Source: Archangium sp.
GTDB lineage: Bacteria > Myxococcota > Myxococcia > Myxococcales > Myxococcaceae
Direction: 5' to 3'
DNA: 64,000 nt
Assembly (NCBI GenBank): GCA_031367385.1
Contig: JANLPS010000019.1
Location: 15,263-79,262 of the forward strand
Part shown: positions 28,371 through 38,414 of the stretch, piece by piece
How positions within the stretch are numbered: the stretch's first letter is position 1
Layout: every line of letters starts with the position of its first letter
Program-made: the position numbers and the translations under genes
The notes under the pieces: model-generated
Told to the model about the DNA's origin: nothing
What the model saw: the letters and a program-made list of their open reading frames with translations, nothing else
The model's database searches: none

Positions 28371-31300
28371 CCAGCCACCCACGCAACACCCGCAGCGCCA
28401 TGCGCACATGCTCGAAGCGCTGCGCCAGCGACCCCAGCTCCGACGGAGCCGTCACCGACTCGACCCGCGCCGCCGCCGCCTCTCGCCAGGCCTTCGCCTC
28501 GTCGACCTGCCCCGTCTTCTCGAGCCGCCGTGCCTCCGCGTACTGCAGCTGCGCGCGGTACACCTCCAACGCCGAGAGAAACCCGAGGTCGGTTGGCGCC
28601 AGCAACGGCTTGCTCGCCTCGAAATCGTCAACCGCCGTCGCGTCTTTGCGCATCGCCTTCAACGTGCCCCGCGCGCCGAGGGCCAGCGCGGCATGCCGCT
28701 TGTCGCCCACCAACTGAAACAGCCCCAGCGCCTCGTCGAGCAGCTCAGCCGCCTGAGGCAGCGACGCCTGCTCCATCATCAACAGCGCCTGGTTCAAGAG
28801 ACACACGCCCTCGAAGCGCCGGTTGCCCACCTCGCGATGAATGCCGATGGCGCGCCGGTAGAGCACCACGGCCAGATCATTCGCCTCTCGGTCTCGCTCG
28901 AGGTCAGCCAGGTTGGTGACCGCGATGCCCTCGCTGCGGCGATTGCCGACCTCGCGGTGCACCGCGATCGCCTGAGTGCAGCTCTGCTCCGCCGCCTCCC
29001 AATCTCCGTTCGCCTGCTGCAGCACCGCCAAATTCGTGAGCGTCACGCCTTCGAAGCGGCGGTCGCCGGAGAGGCGGTGCAGCCGCAAGGCCTCGGCTCC
29101 GAGCCTCGCAGCATGTTCGCTGCCTTGCTCCTGGGCGATCGCGCTCAAATTCGCGATCACCCGGCCGCGCATGCGGGTGTCATCGGCCTGCTCGAGCAGC
29201 GTGAGGGCCCGCTCGTACAGCCCCGTGGCGATGGGCAGCGCGCCTTCTTGCTTTCTCACTGACGCCAGGTACGCCAGCGCCCGGCCCGCGGGGCCCGCCT
29301 CGAGCGGCTGCGCCATCAGCTCTTCTAAATCAGCCGCGGCGTCTGCCAACCGCCCCCGCGAGAACAGCACCCGCGCCCGCGCCTCGAGCGCCGGAGCCCG
29401 CTCCTCGGGGGTCTTCAACTTGCTCAACACCGAATCGAGCATCGCGAGGTGAGCGCCGTACGGCCCCCGAACGACGAACATCGCATCGAGCGCGAGCAAC
29501 ACCCGCAGCGCCTGCTTCGGGCCATCACCCGGTCGCCCGAGCCAGTGCTCCCAGGCGCGGGCCAGGTTCTCTCGCTCGACCGACAGCACATCGAGCACCG
29601 ACGCGCCCTTCTCTGCTTCGGGCCCGAGGCGCTCACCAAGCGCCAGGTAGTGCTCGGCGTGCCGCAGCCGTGCCGGCGCCTCGTGATGCGGCAATCGGCT
29701 CACCAAGCGCGACCGAATCGCCTCGTACATGCCGTAGCGAGGCAACCGTGACTTGGGCGAGAACCCCACTCGCACGAGTGACTTCGCCCGAAGTTGGTGA
29801 AGCACTTTGAGCACCTGATCTGGGTGGGCGAGCGAGGGGTCGGGGCTCCAGCGAATCACGTTGATCGCTGCGTCAGCGGTGAAGCCGCCCGAGAAGACGG
29901 CGCATTGCACCAGCGCCGAGCGCTCCTCGTCACTCAGCCGCGACCAGGTGGTGTCGAAGGCCGCGTCGATAGGCACGAACCCGTTCGAGCCACCTGACAT
30001 CGATTGATCTTCGGCCGCGCTGAGCGACTCGAGCGGGGCCTGCGCCATCTGCGCCGCCGCGAGCTCAATCGCGAGGGGTATGCCCTCGAGGCGCCGAACC
30101 AATTTTCGCACCAGCTCCCGCGCCGATCGCGAGGTGGGGAAGCGTGGGTTGAGCGCCGTGGCCCGCTCGAAGAACAACACCATCGCGTCACTGTCGGTCT
30201 GGCCCTGTGAATCGAGCGGCAGGGGCGTGACCTCGTACGAGCGTTCTGACTGGTTGCCGAGGGCGACCTGCGAGCACACCAGAAACGACGCGTCTTTCGC
30301 GATTCGCAGCCACTCGGTCATCGCCAGGTCGAGCGCCAGCGGCAGCACCTCGGCGTGATCGATGACCAGCAAGCACTCGCGCCTCGAGGCGAGCACGTGC
30401 CCGATCGAATCGACCGGAGCCCCCGCGGCCGGCAACGCGACCCCCAGCGCATCGGCGATCGACAGACACACGTCTTCGATGCCGCGCGCACCAGTCAAAT
30501 CGGCGAGCCACACCCGGCCTCGAAACCGCGAGACCTGTTGCCGCGACACCTCTCGCGCCAGCCGTGATTTGCCGACGCCCCCCGGCCCCACCAGGGTGAT
30601 CAACCGCGAGCCGTAGCCAATCAGCTGATGCAGATCAGCAAGCTCAGCGGCGCGGCCGATCAACCGATGCTCGTCATCTGGCAGCTGCGCGGGCGCGTCG
30701 CGTTCAGCCGAGAGATCATTCGCTCGCGCGATCTTCTGACCATGCGCGCTGCGGGCCTTCGCCAACGCGCTGGGGCCATCGGGCGAAGTGGCTTCGCGCT
30801 CGAGCGAGTGCGCGGTGTCGTGCGCGGTCGGCTCTTCATCTGAGGTCAACCCGACGACCTGCCCCGCTTGAGGGAAGAGCACCCGCATCAGCTCGGCGAT
30901 CGCCTCGGCCCCCGAGGGCAGCCCGAGCCGGCCCACTTCGGTGTCGATCGCCTCGACCAGCTCAGCGCCGCGAGAGAAGCGGTCTTCTGGTTTACGGGCG
31001 AGGGCCTTGAGCACGAGCGCGTCGACCTCGGCCGGCACGTCGAGGCGGTACAACGAGGGCGGAGGCACCTGCCCCGCGAACACCCGCTGCAGCGTCTGCG
31101 CCTCGGTTTCGCCGCGAAAGAGGCGGCGGGTCGTGAGCGCCTCCCAGAGGCACACGCCGAGCGCGAAGAGATCGCTGCGCCCATCGACTACGCGCCCCTG
31201 CGCTTGTTCGAGCGACATGTACGCGAGCTTGCCCTTGAGGGTGCCAGGCACGGTGCGCATCAAGCTCTGCTCAGCGCGCGCGACGCCGAAGTCGATCAAC

Positions 31301-31920
31301 TTCACCTCGCCCTTGCGCGAGAGCAGCACATTGTGCGGCGTCACGTCGCGGTGCACCAACCCGAGCGGGAGCCCTTCAGCGTCGAGCGCGTGATGCGCGT
31401 AGTCGAGCGCGCTGGCCAGGGCCGAGCCGATCGCCAGCACCACCTCGAGCTTGGGAGACAGCCGCGCCTCGAGCACCCGCCGCATCACCTCGAAGAGGCT
31501 GGCGCCTTCGACGTACTCCATGCGTACGAACCACTCGCCGTCGACCTCGCCCAGCTCATCGATGCGAACGATGTTCGGGTGCCGCAGCCGCGCCGCGATG
31601 CGCGTCTCGTCGAGAAACGCGTGCAGCATGTCGGGGTTGTCGAGCAGGCTGCCCAAGATGCGCTTGAGCACGACCGGCCGCTCTGACGGGCCGCGCGCCA
31701 AGAAAACCTCGCCCATGCCGCCGCGCCCCAAGAGGTTGATCAACTTGTAAGGGCCGAAGCGGGTTCGGTTGCCGTGCTGCTCTGACAGCTCGTTGAAGAC
31801 GGCGGCGCACTCATCGCAGTCGCTGATGTGCAGCCAGGCCGCAGCCTCGTCGGCGCGGCCCAGCCGCTGCTCGAGAATGGCCCCGAGTTGATCCTCTGTC
31901 AGACAGTCTTGGCGGATCAT
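28357..31920 (-). CDS. Ser/Thr kinase - STAND NTPase - TPR protein with N-terminal HxxxCxxC zinc finger
   Basis: HISDCDEC; HRDVTPHN and DFG; GPGGVGKS, LLVIDHAE and GIPLAIELAA; C-terminal TPR-like repeats; alternative start at 31935. Confidence 0.92.
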   Translation of the reverse strand: MIRQDCLTEDQLGAILEQRLGRADEAAAWLHISDCDECAAVFNELSEQHGNRTRFGPYKLINLLGRGGMGEVFLARGPSERPVVLKRILGSLLDNPDMLHAFLDETRIAARLRHPNIVRIDELGEVDGEWFVRMEYVEGASLFEVMRRVLEARLSPKLEVVLAIGSALASALDYAHHALDAEGLPLGLVHRDVTPHNVLLSRKGEVKLIDFGVARAEQSLMRTVPGTLKGKLAYMSLEQAQGRVVDGRSDLFALGVCLWEALTTRRLFRGETEAQTLQRVFAGQVPPPSLYRLDVPAEVDALVLKALARKPEDRFSRGAELVEAIDTEVGRLGLPSGAEAIAELMRVLFPQAGQVVGLTSDEEPTAHDTAHSLEREATSPDGPSALAKARSAHGQKIARANDLSAERDAPAQLPDDEHRLIGRAAELADLHQLIGYGSRLITLVGPGGVGKSRLAREVSRQQVSRFRGRVWLADLTGARGIEDVCLSIADALGVALPAAGAPVDSIGHVLASRRECLLVIDHAEVLPLALDLAMTEWLRIAKDASFLVCSQVALGNQSERSYEVTPLPLDSQGQTDSDAMVLFFERATALNPRFPTSRSARELVRKLVRRLEGIPLAIELAAAQMAQAPLESLSAAEDQSMSGGSNGFVPIDAAFDTTWSRLSDEERSALVQCAVFSGGFTADAAINVIRWSPDPSLAHPDQVLKVLHQLRAKSLVRVGFSPKSRLPRYGMYEAIRSRLVSRLPHHEAPARLRHAEHYLALGERLGPEAEKGASVLDVLSVERENLARAWEHWLGRPGDGPKQALRVLLALDAMFVVRGPYGAHLAMLDSVLSKLKTPEERAPALEARARVLFSRGRLADAAADLEELMAQPLEAGPAGRALAYLASVRKQEGALPIATGLYERALTLLEQADDTRMRGRVIANLSAIAQEQGSEHAARLGAEALRLHRLSGDRRFEGVTLTNLAVLQQANGDWEAAEQSCTQAIAVHREVGNRRSEGIAVTNLADLERDREANDLAVVLYRRAIGIHREVGNRRFEGVCLLNQALLMMEQASLPQAAELLDEALGLFQLVGDKRHAALALGARGTLKAMRKDATAVDDFEASKPLLAPTDLGFLSALEVYRAQLQYAEARRLEKTGQVDEAKAWREAAAARVESVTAPSELGSLAQRFEHVRMALRVLRGWLGRSP

Positions 31921-31994
31921 CAGGCGAAAACCCACGCAATCATTGGCTGTAGGCGGGTGTGCGCACGCCTGAGAATTATCTTTTTCTGAGAAGG

Positions 31995-32021
31995 TAACAA
32001 AGGCGGGCAGGCTGACGATAA
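31995..32021 (+). promoter_or_regulatory. Sigma28/FliA-like promoter
   Basis: TAAC-N15-GACGATAA versus consensus TAAA-N15-GCCGATAA, followed by GGAGG SD and ATG 32041. Confidence 0.5.
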
Positions 32022-32040
32022 CGCCATTGGAGGCTAGCGC

Positions 32041-33360
32041 ATGAGCGTTTCATCGGTCGGGCAAGCGGGCAGCGCAGGTGAGGTCGTCGAGCTCGAGAAT
32101 GACGACGCGCCCCCGGCGCCGGCGGTGGCTGACGCGGCACCGGCCGTTCAAGAGAGCGGCTTCGACGACGCCAGGGCCCAGACGCTGGTGCTCAACCCCC
32201 AGGCGCCGCTGCTCGAGGTCGTCGATCGCTCGTCTATCGACTCCGAGGGCAAGAAGAAGGGCACCAACGACGACTCGATTGGCGATGGGCGCACCATCGG
32301 CAGCCGGCGTACTGACGTCATACCCACCATGGTTGCGACGGGGCCCGTCGACGTCGCTGCGGTGACCGAGGGGTTGTCTGACGCCGCGAAAGAACAGGTG
32401 ACCAAGCTGTTGGCCGACCCGGCGACGGCGAGCGACGCGTCGTACGCGTTCACCTCGGCGACGTTCGGCAAGCTCGAGGCTGATCAGCGCGAAAAATTCG
32501 TCGACATCATGGCGACTGGTGGCCCCCGCGCGACGCAGCTGTTGGCGATGGGGTGCGAGATCTGCGGTGACATCTCGTCTCTGCGCGCATGCGACGGGTC
32601 GACCGTGCTCGACAACCTCGACAGAATGGTGAAGCGCCCCGACCTCGCCCCCTATGTGGCCGACGTGCTGGCCGACATGGTGCTCCCGGAGCGCATCTGG
32701 CAGGGCAAGGCGCCGACCTGTACCGCGGCGACGATGCAGTTCGAGCTCGCGATGCGGCAGCCCGCCGAATTCAGCCGGCTGATGTGCGGCCTGGCGATCG
32801 ACGGCTCGGTGAAAATGGCGGGCGGGGGTACGCTCGAGACCCAGCCCGGCGCGGCGCTCAACGGCAGCATCGTCGCCGGCGACAAGCGCTCTCCGACGGA
32901 GGCGGTGTTTCAGGCCGCCCTGATGGAGTTCGCCAACGGCACCGAGACTTACGACTTCAACAAGATGCAGAGCACCACCGCGAATGGCTCTACGCACCGC
33001 GGCCTCAATGGTGATCAGATTCAAACCGCGCTCACGAACCTCTTCAACGTGAGCTACCGCACCACCAAGACCACCACCCCCGAGGAAGCCGTTGGGGCGC
33101 TGAAAAGCCTGAGCCGGGGCGTCAGCGCCAACCGCCCGGTGCTGATCGACCTGGTGGTTGACGACACCACGAACCATTGCGTGGCCTTCGAGGGGCTCAA
33201 CAATGGGCGCATTCAGCTGCGCGACCCAGAGACCGGCGAGCGTACCAGCCTCTCGACCCAAGAGTTCTTGGAGCAAGTCGCCGCAGTGCACGTCGCTCCG
33301 CTGCGGCGCGTGACCCGCAATGACCCGGTCACCGAGAACGGGCGAATCTTCATTCAGTAA
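32041..33360 (+). CDS. Putative papain-like/C39-like cysteine peptidase-fold protein
   Basis: WQGKAPTC...NHCV...LRDP (Q, C, H, D order); disordered N-terminus; no Sec signal. Confidence 0.6.
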   Translation: MSVSSVGQAGSAGEVVELENDDAPPAPAVADAAPAVQESGFDDARAQTLVLNPQAPLLEVVDRSSIDSEGKKKGTNDDSIGDGRTIGSRRTDVIPTMVATGPVDVAAVTEGLSDAAKEQVTKLLADPATASDASYAFTSATFGKLEADQREKFVDIMATGGPRATQLLAMGCEICGDISSLRACDGSTVLDNLDRMVKRPDLAPYVADVLADMVLPERIWQGKAPTCTAATMQFELAMRQPAEFSRLMCGLAIDGSVKMAGGGTLETQPGAALNGSIVAGDKRSPTEAVFQAALMEFANGTETYDFNKMQSTTANGSTHRGLNGDQIQTALTNLFNVSYRTTKTTTPEEAVGALKSLSRGVSANRPVLIDLVVDDTTNHCVAFEGLNNGRIQLRDPETGERTSLSTQEFLEQVAAVHVAPLRRVTRNDPVTENGRIFIQ

Positions 33361-33371
33361 AGAGGAGAAAA

Positions 33372-33399
33372 GGGACGGTCGAAGGTCGGTGGTGTCGAG
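33372..33399 (+). promoter_or_regulatory. Repeated upstream motif, ECF promoter-like (copy 1)
   Basis: GGGAC-N18-TCGAG; 22/28 identical to 35521-35548. Confidence 0.5.
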
Positions 33400-33451
33400 C
33401 TGAGTAGGAAGAAGTTTCTCATTCTCTCTTACTCCGCGAGCCCCACCCACC

Positions 33452-35512
33452 ATGGACATTTCGGCCACCAGCAGCGTCACCCGCCCCATCGCCTCTGAAG
33501 TCGTCGACGCAGCGCCCGACACCGCGGCGACGACGGCGACGCAGCCCGCCGACTCCAGCGCTGCGAGCAGCTTCGCCACCGCCAAAGACGTGCCGGTGGT
33601 GCTCGACGCGCAGGCAGACGCGCTGACCGTGTCGGCCGATTCGCCCAGCTACCGGGTCTCGTGCTCGGGAGGCACCTTGATCGCGACTGGTGATGCGCAA
33701 CCGGGGCAAAGCCAGGGCGCCAAAGACGCGTACGCCACGATGCAGTTCACCGAGACCCACGTCGAGTCGAAAGAATACCAGGCGCTCACCTGGGCCTTCG
33801 ACGGCGCGCCCGACAAGCAGCTGGCCACCCAGGTCAAGGCCGACGCGCTGGCGTACCTCGAGAAGACGCCGGGCCTCAAAGACGCGTGTGACGCGGCGGT
33901 CGTCGCGTGTGGTGCGGTGCCCTCGAAAGTCGAAGGCTTCAAAGTCGACTTCGCGCTCAATCACTTCGAGAACGTCGGCGCCGCGAAGGGCCTGAAGTGG
34001 GGTGAGACCGAGAAGCAGGTCAAAGACATGCTGAAGACGAGCCGGGCAGAGGCTGCCGAGAAGAAGATCACGGTGCTCGACACCAAGGGTGGCAACGGCC
34101 AGAAGATCAGCGGCTACGTGGTCGCGAACGATCGCAAGGTCGTCAACATGGACGGCTCGAACAACACCATCGACATGTGCAGCGTGCCGTTCCCCCGGCC
34201 CTCGGGGCACTCCGATGCGATTCTCGGTGGCAATCACAACTCGGGTCAGGTCGACATGGTCGGCACCGTGCTGATCAGGGCCGGCAGCGAAAACACGTGG
34301 ACGGTGAAAGACCCCTCGCAGCGCCCCGCGCTGAACCCTCCCGCGACCGAGGTGGCCGGGTTGATCAAGCCCGAGCTTGCCGCCGCCGCCAAGAAATCGA
34401 GCATCGTGCTCGAGGGCAACTCGGCTGACTGGTCGGTGCTCGCCAACGGCGCGACCGCGACCTACACGAATACCAAGACCAAGACCTCGGTGTGCATACC
34501 CGCCGGGGCGCAAGGCCAGGTCTCGTACGCAGCCTCCTCGGCGCTCGACAAGATGGCGGCTGACCTGAAGGCCGGCGTGAAGCCAGCCGAGGTCTCGGTG
34601 TGCCTCGACCCGAACACCATCACCAAGCCCAAGCCGAAGACGGTGACGCCTCCCACCGACGGAGGCCCTGAGCCGACCAGCACGCCGGTCACGAGCAAGC
34701 CCGGGCCGGCCGTTGAGTCGCAGCCAGAGCTGAGCGCCTCATTCGACCAACTGTTGTCGTCGGTGCCCCCGAAGATGGCGAAGCGGTTAATCTTGGCGTG
34801 GCTCAAGAAAATGGGCATCACGCCGAACCCTGACGGCACGCTGGCCTCATTGAAAGAGCAGCTGGCGGGCCTCATGAAGAGCGTCGGCCCAGCGAAGGCG
34901 GCGATCATCGAGAACTCGATTCGCCGCGAGGCCAAGAAAGAAATGGCCATGCTGCCCAAGTCGCCAGAGAAGCTGCTCCAGCCCTTGAGCAAAGCGCCGG
35001 TCAGCACCACCGCGACGACGCCCACCACCACCTCGAAGACCTCGCCCTTCTACGACCCCTACGCGATGGCCGGCCAGCCGACGACCGAGCAGCTGGTGGC
35101 GGCGCAGGCGAAGGCCAACCTCGAGCCAGACCCGGTGAAGCGCGCGGCGATGCTGCAGACCATCGATGGTGTCTATGAGTCGAAGAAGCAGCACGCGGTC
35201 GCGGCGCAGATCGAACAACGCGCGCAGCAAGACAGCGCCGCGAGAGACATGTGCGGCACTGAAAAAGAGCGAAGCCGTCAGCTGATGACCGACAACGGGC
35301 TCAACTCCGCGGCGATCAACCAGGCGATGACGTTGATCGACGAGCAGTTCCTCGCCGCGAAGATCAACGCGATGGAGCACGGCGTGCCGTTCACCTCGTT
35401 CAAGTCGACCGCGGCTGAAGACGCGATCGCCCACGCCCTGCAGGTGATGCACGCCGACATGGCCCAGACCGGCATCACCGCCGAAGCGTGGATGGCGCGG
35501 CAACGCGGGTAG
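33452..35512 (+). CDS. Hypothetical protein (686 aa), low-complexity N-terminus
   Basis: Long ORF with strong GC3 bias; Pro/Thr-rich linkers; no recognisable family. Confidence 0.8.
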   Translation: MDISATSSVTRPIASEVVDAAPDTAATTATQPADSSAASSFATAKDVPVVLDAQADALTVSADSPSYRVSCSGGTLIATGDAQPGQSQGAKDAYATMQFTETHVESKEYQALTWAFDGAPDKQLATQVKADALAYLEKTPGLKDACDAAVVACGAVPSKVEGFKVDFALNHFENVGAAKGLKWGETEKQVKDMLKTSRAEAAEKKITVLDTKGGNGQKISGYVVANDRKVVNMDGSNNTIDMCSVPFPRPSGHSDAILGGNHNSGQVDMVGTVLIRAGSENTWTVKDPSQRPALNPPATEVAGLIKPELAAAAKKSSIVLEGNSADWSVLANGATATYTNTKTKTSVCIPAGAQGQVSYAASSALDKMAADLKAGVKPAEVSVCLDPNTITKPKPKTVTPPTDGGPEPTSTPVTSKPGPAVESQPELSASFDQLLSSVPPKMAKRLILAWLKKMGITPNPDGTLASLKEQLAGLMKSVGPAKAAIIENSIRREAKKEMAMLPKSPEKLLQPLSKAPVSTTATTPTTTSKTSPFYDPYAMAGQPTTEQLVAAQAKANLEPDPVKRAAMLQTIDGVYESKKQHAVAAQIEQRAQQDSAARDMCGTEKERSRQLMTDNGLNSAAINQAMTLIDEQFLAAKINAMEHGVPFTSFKSTAAEDAIAHALQVMHADMAQTGITAEAWMARQRG

Positions 35513-35520
35513 GCGGGTAT

Positions 35521-35548
35521 GGGACGATCGGTGGTCGGCGGGTTCGAG
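35521..35548 (+). promoter_or_regulatory. Repeated upstream motif, ECF promoter-like (copy 2)
   Basis: GGGAC-N18-TCGAG upstream of ATG 35589. Confidence 0.5.
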
Positions 35549-35588
35549 TGAAGAGAAGCCCCTTTCATCTTCGCCAGAGGTCGCCCCC

Positions 35589-36950
35589 ATGAAGCTCGCC
35601 AGCGCAGCGCTTGTTCTGATGATGGCGACGAGCTGTGACTTCGGCGCCGCCATGGTCATCACCACCGATTTCGAGGGAGCGACCGACGCTGGTCGCCGAT
35701 TCGCCGATGGTGGTGTGCGCGCCGACGCCGGTGCGGGCGTGGCGGTGCTCGATGCAGGCAGGCGGCCCCAGGTCGACGCGGGCGAGCCAGGGTGTTTTCG
35801 CGACGCCGATTGCCGACCGAATTTTCACTGCAAGGGCAATGGCGAGTTCGCGGGCGAATGCATCGCCGACCCCGGTACGTGCACCCACACCACCTGTGGC
35901 ACCTCGTGCGGCACCGTCGCTGACGTCTGCGGCGGTACCATTGCGTGCGGCGCGTGCGCCTGCGTGAAGGGCATTTGCGGCAGCTCGTGCGGCGAAATCT
36001 CAGACGGGTGCGGCGGCACGCTCGACTGCGGCACCTGCAACGCCTGCGTCCCGCTCTCCTGTGGCGCCTCGTGCGGCACCATTCCAAATGGGTGTGGGCG
36101 ACACCTCGACTGTGGCGCGTGCCCCACCTGCTCGGCCACCATCGGTAACTACCGCAGCCACACCAGCAACGAAGAATTCATCGACCCTCCGACGGCCGTG
36201 GGCGCGCCGGGGCCGATCAGCGGGTTCTCGGCATTGAGCTCACCAGTGCCAGTCGGAGCCACCACCATCGCGCTGAGCGGGTCGGTGCCGAACGCGCAGA
36301 CCTGCTGCTGGCAAGTCGAAGGCGCGGCGGGTGGGCTCACCACCGGCTCGGTGGCTCCAGGGGTTGACGGCGCGATCTCAGCGACGCTGCCGATCTTCTG
36401 CGGCAAGAACACGGTGCGTTTGGTCTGCGGCAACGGCGCCGGCTCGCGGGTGCTCATTCGCGAGCTCGATGCCCCCTGTCAGCCCAAAGACCTGCGCGTC
36501 ACCCTCGGGTGGGACGATCAAGGCACCGACATGGAGCTGCACCTGGTTCGCGACCACGGGCACGTCAATACGGAGCTCGATTGCACCTGGTACACCTGCG
36601 TGAACCGCAACATCGGCTGGAGCGCGACGCCGGCCTCGAACCCGATCAAAGACGTCGATGACGTGACTTACGACGGGCCAGAGAACATCTACCTCGACAC
36701 CGCAGCGCCCGGCACCTACCACGTGTTGGTCGAATACTGGGGCAGCGGCGCACCCTCGAAGAACACCATCACCGTCGCGGTTAAAGAGAAGACCGTCGGG
36801 TCGATCAGCAGAACGCTGCAAGTGCATGAGGTGTGGTACGTCGGCACCGTAACTTTCCCCAGTGGCGCGATTGCGGCGGTCGACACCGTGACCGACTGCG
36901 CCGCCAGCTGGCGAAAAACGACGCATGGCTGTGATTTGACGCTGCCGTAG
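35589..36950 (+). CDS. Cys-rich lipoprotein with C-terminal YfaP/DUF2135-like domain
   Basis: Lipobox ATSC; three CG.SCG....CG....CG.C repeats; LRVTLGWD...DMELH...DVDD...GPENI. Confidence 0.85.
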   Translation: MKLASAALVLMMATSCDFGAAMVITTDFEGATDAGRRFADGGVRADAGAGVAVLDAGRRPQVDAGEPGCFRDADCRPNFHCKGNGEFAGECIADPGTCTHTTCGTSCGTVADVCGGTIACGACACVKGICGSSCGEISDGCGGTLDCGTCNACVPLSCGASCGTIPNGCGRHLDCGACPTCSATIGNYRSHTSNEEFIDPPTAVGAPGPISGFSALSSPVPVGATTIALSGSVPNAQTCCWQVEGAAGGLTTGSVAPGVDGAISATLPIFCGKNTVRLVCGNGAGSRVLIRELDAPCQPKDLRVTLGWDDQGTDMELHLVRDHGHVNTELDCTWYTCVNRNIGWSATPASNPIKDVDDVTYDGPENIYLDTAAPGTYHVLVEYWGSGAPSKNTITVAVKEKTVGSISRTLQVHEVWYVGTVTFPSGAIAAVDTVTDCAASWRKTTHGCDLTLP

Positions 36951-37068
36951 CGATTGTTGCGTCAACTGATGCGGCCGCGGCATCGAAGGCCGAGCCCATG
37001 TCACGTCACGTGCGAATCACTCCGATTCTCGAGCAGCGGTGGGCGTGTTGCTCTACGGTACGCGCCCC

Positions 37069-37788
37069 GTGACCCCCCGGCTCCTCTTCGCTTGCCTGGC
37101 ATTGGTGACGGCCTCGGGCTGCATCACCGTGTACCAGCCCTTGGTGTCGCTGCAGCGGCCCTTCGCGGTCGACCCCGAGTTGGCCAACTTCGAGGGCCAG
37201 AACATCTTGGTGCGCTGCGTGCCCGGCGACTACGTCGAGCTGCCCGATGCGCAGCAACTCTGTCAGCAGATGCGCGAGCTCTACGAAGCGCAGAGCGCGA
37301 AGGTCGAGACCGATGTACCGCGAAAGAACACGGGGTTTCTGACCACCAAGTTCAAGCCTGATCTGATCGTCGAGCTGCGCGGCCGGCTCTTGAAACGGGA
37401 GACCAGCAATTTTCTGATCAACCTGCTCTTTTTGGCCTCGGCGTCGCTGATACCCACGACCGAAGAGATCGAGATCGCGCAAGACGTGATCATTCGCGAC
37501 GCGAGCGGCTTTCAGTTGGCGCAAGACTCGCTGCAGGCGCGCTTCGTGCGGCAGTACGGGCTGGGCGTGTGGGGCGTCAACGCGCTGGTCGATCTGATCG
37601 TGCGACCCAAGAATCAGAAGATCACCGGAGACGGCTACCGGAGGGATTTCAGCGCGGATTTTTACGGTCACCTGAGCGAGCTCGCGTTTCATGCCCGCAT
37701 GCGCTCGGCGATCATGCATGAGTTTGATCAGCCGTTGACCGTCGCGCCCCCTGCTTCGACGGCCCCTGTGCCGAAGGCCAAGCCGTGA
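37069..37788 (+). CDS. Lipoprotein, gene 1 of the motor-like operon
   Basis: Lipobox ASGC; internal hydrophobic hairpin; GTGA overlap with the next gene. Confidence 0.8.
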   Translation: MTPRLLFACLALVTASGCITVYQPLVSLQRPFAVDPELANFEGQNILVRCVPGDYVELPDAQQLCQQMRELYEAQSAKVETDVPRKNTGFLTTKFKPDLIVELRGRLLKRETSNFLINLLFLASASLIPTTEEIEIAQDVIIRDASGFQLAQDSLQARFVRQYGLGVWGVNALVDLIVRPKNQKITGDGYRRDFSADFYGHLSELAFHARMRSAIMHEFDQPLTVAPPASTAPVPKAKP

Positions 37789-38414
37789 AGCTGCTGCCGA
37801 TGGCCCTGGTGTTGAGCGGCTGCGCCTACGACCCGTCACCCGGCTTGTCACACACGCGCCGTGAAGCACGAAACTTCGAGTGCCAACGCCTGGGGCAAGA
37901 AGAGGCCCACGACCGGTACCCGGGCGACATACCACCGGTGCCGCCGCGGCAGATGGCGCAGGCGATGACCGAAGCGCTGGTGTGCGAGCCGCGCTTCATT
38001 TCAATCGATGATCGCGCCCCGCGTGACGAGGCGATCTTGTCGACCCTTCGCCGTGATGTCGGGGCACTGACCGAGCTTGCCAGCACCCTCACTCCGGGAG
38101 CGCTGGTCTGGCACGTCGATGCGTTTTACCCGGAGCAGGCGGTGGCCTCGAAGATCTCAATCGCCGCGAAGACCGAGCTGTTCGAGCGCGGCCGCGCGGT
38201 GTCAGACCGCGTACCGACCCTGGCCGCCGGAGACATCTCGGTGCTCAGCCGGCTGCCTCCCAACCAGGCCTATGCGACCGCCTGCACGCGCTATTTCGCG
38301 GAGCACGTCTTGGGCGAGCACGACGTTTTTCTCGGGCTGATGGTGGTCGACCCCCGAGAGACCCAGCTGCACGCGGGCGTCTGCCAGGCCGGCAAGTGGC
38401 GGTGGGTGCAATGA
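37785..38414 (+). CDS. Lipoprotein, gene 2
   Basis: Lipobox LSGC; 4-nt overlaps on both sides. Confidence 0.8.
   Translation: MKLLPMALVLSGCAYDPSPGLSHTRREARNFECQRLGQEEAHDRYPGDIPPVPPRQMAQAMTEALVCEPRFISIDDRAPRDEAILSTLRRDVGALTELASTLTPGALVWHVDAFYPEQAVASKISIAAKTELFERGRAVSDRVPTLAAGDISVLSRLPPNQAYATACTRYFAEHVLGEHDVFLGLMVVDPRETQLHAGVCQAGKWRWVQ

Noticed and set aside
32050..34513. Long antisense ORFs (32050..33585, 33419..34513) and similar shadow ORFs throughout the window
   Set aside because: They mirror real genes on the other strand, as expected in high-GC DNA, and show no family motifs.
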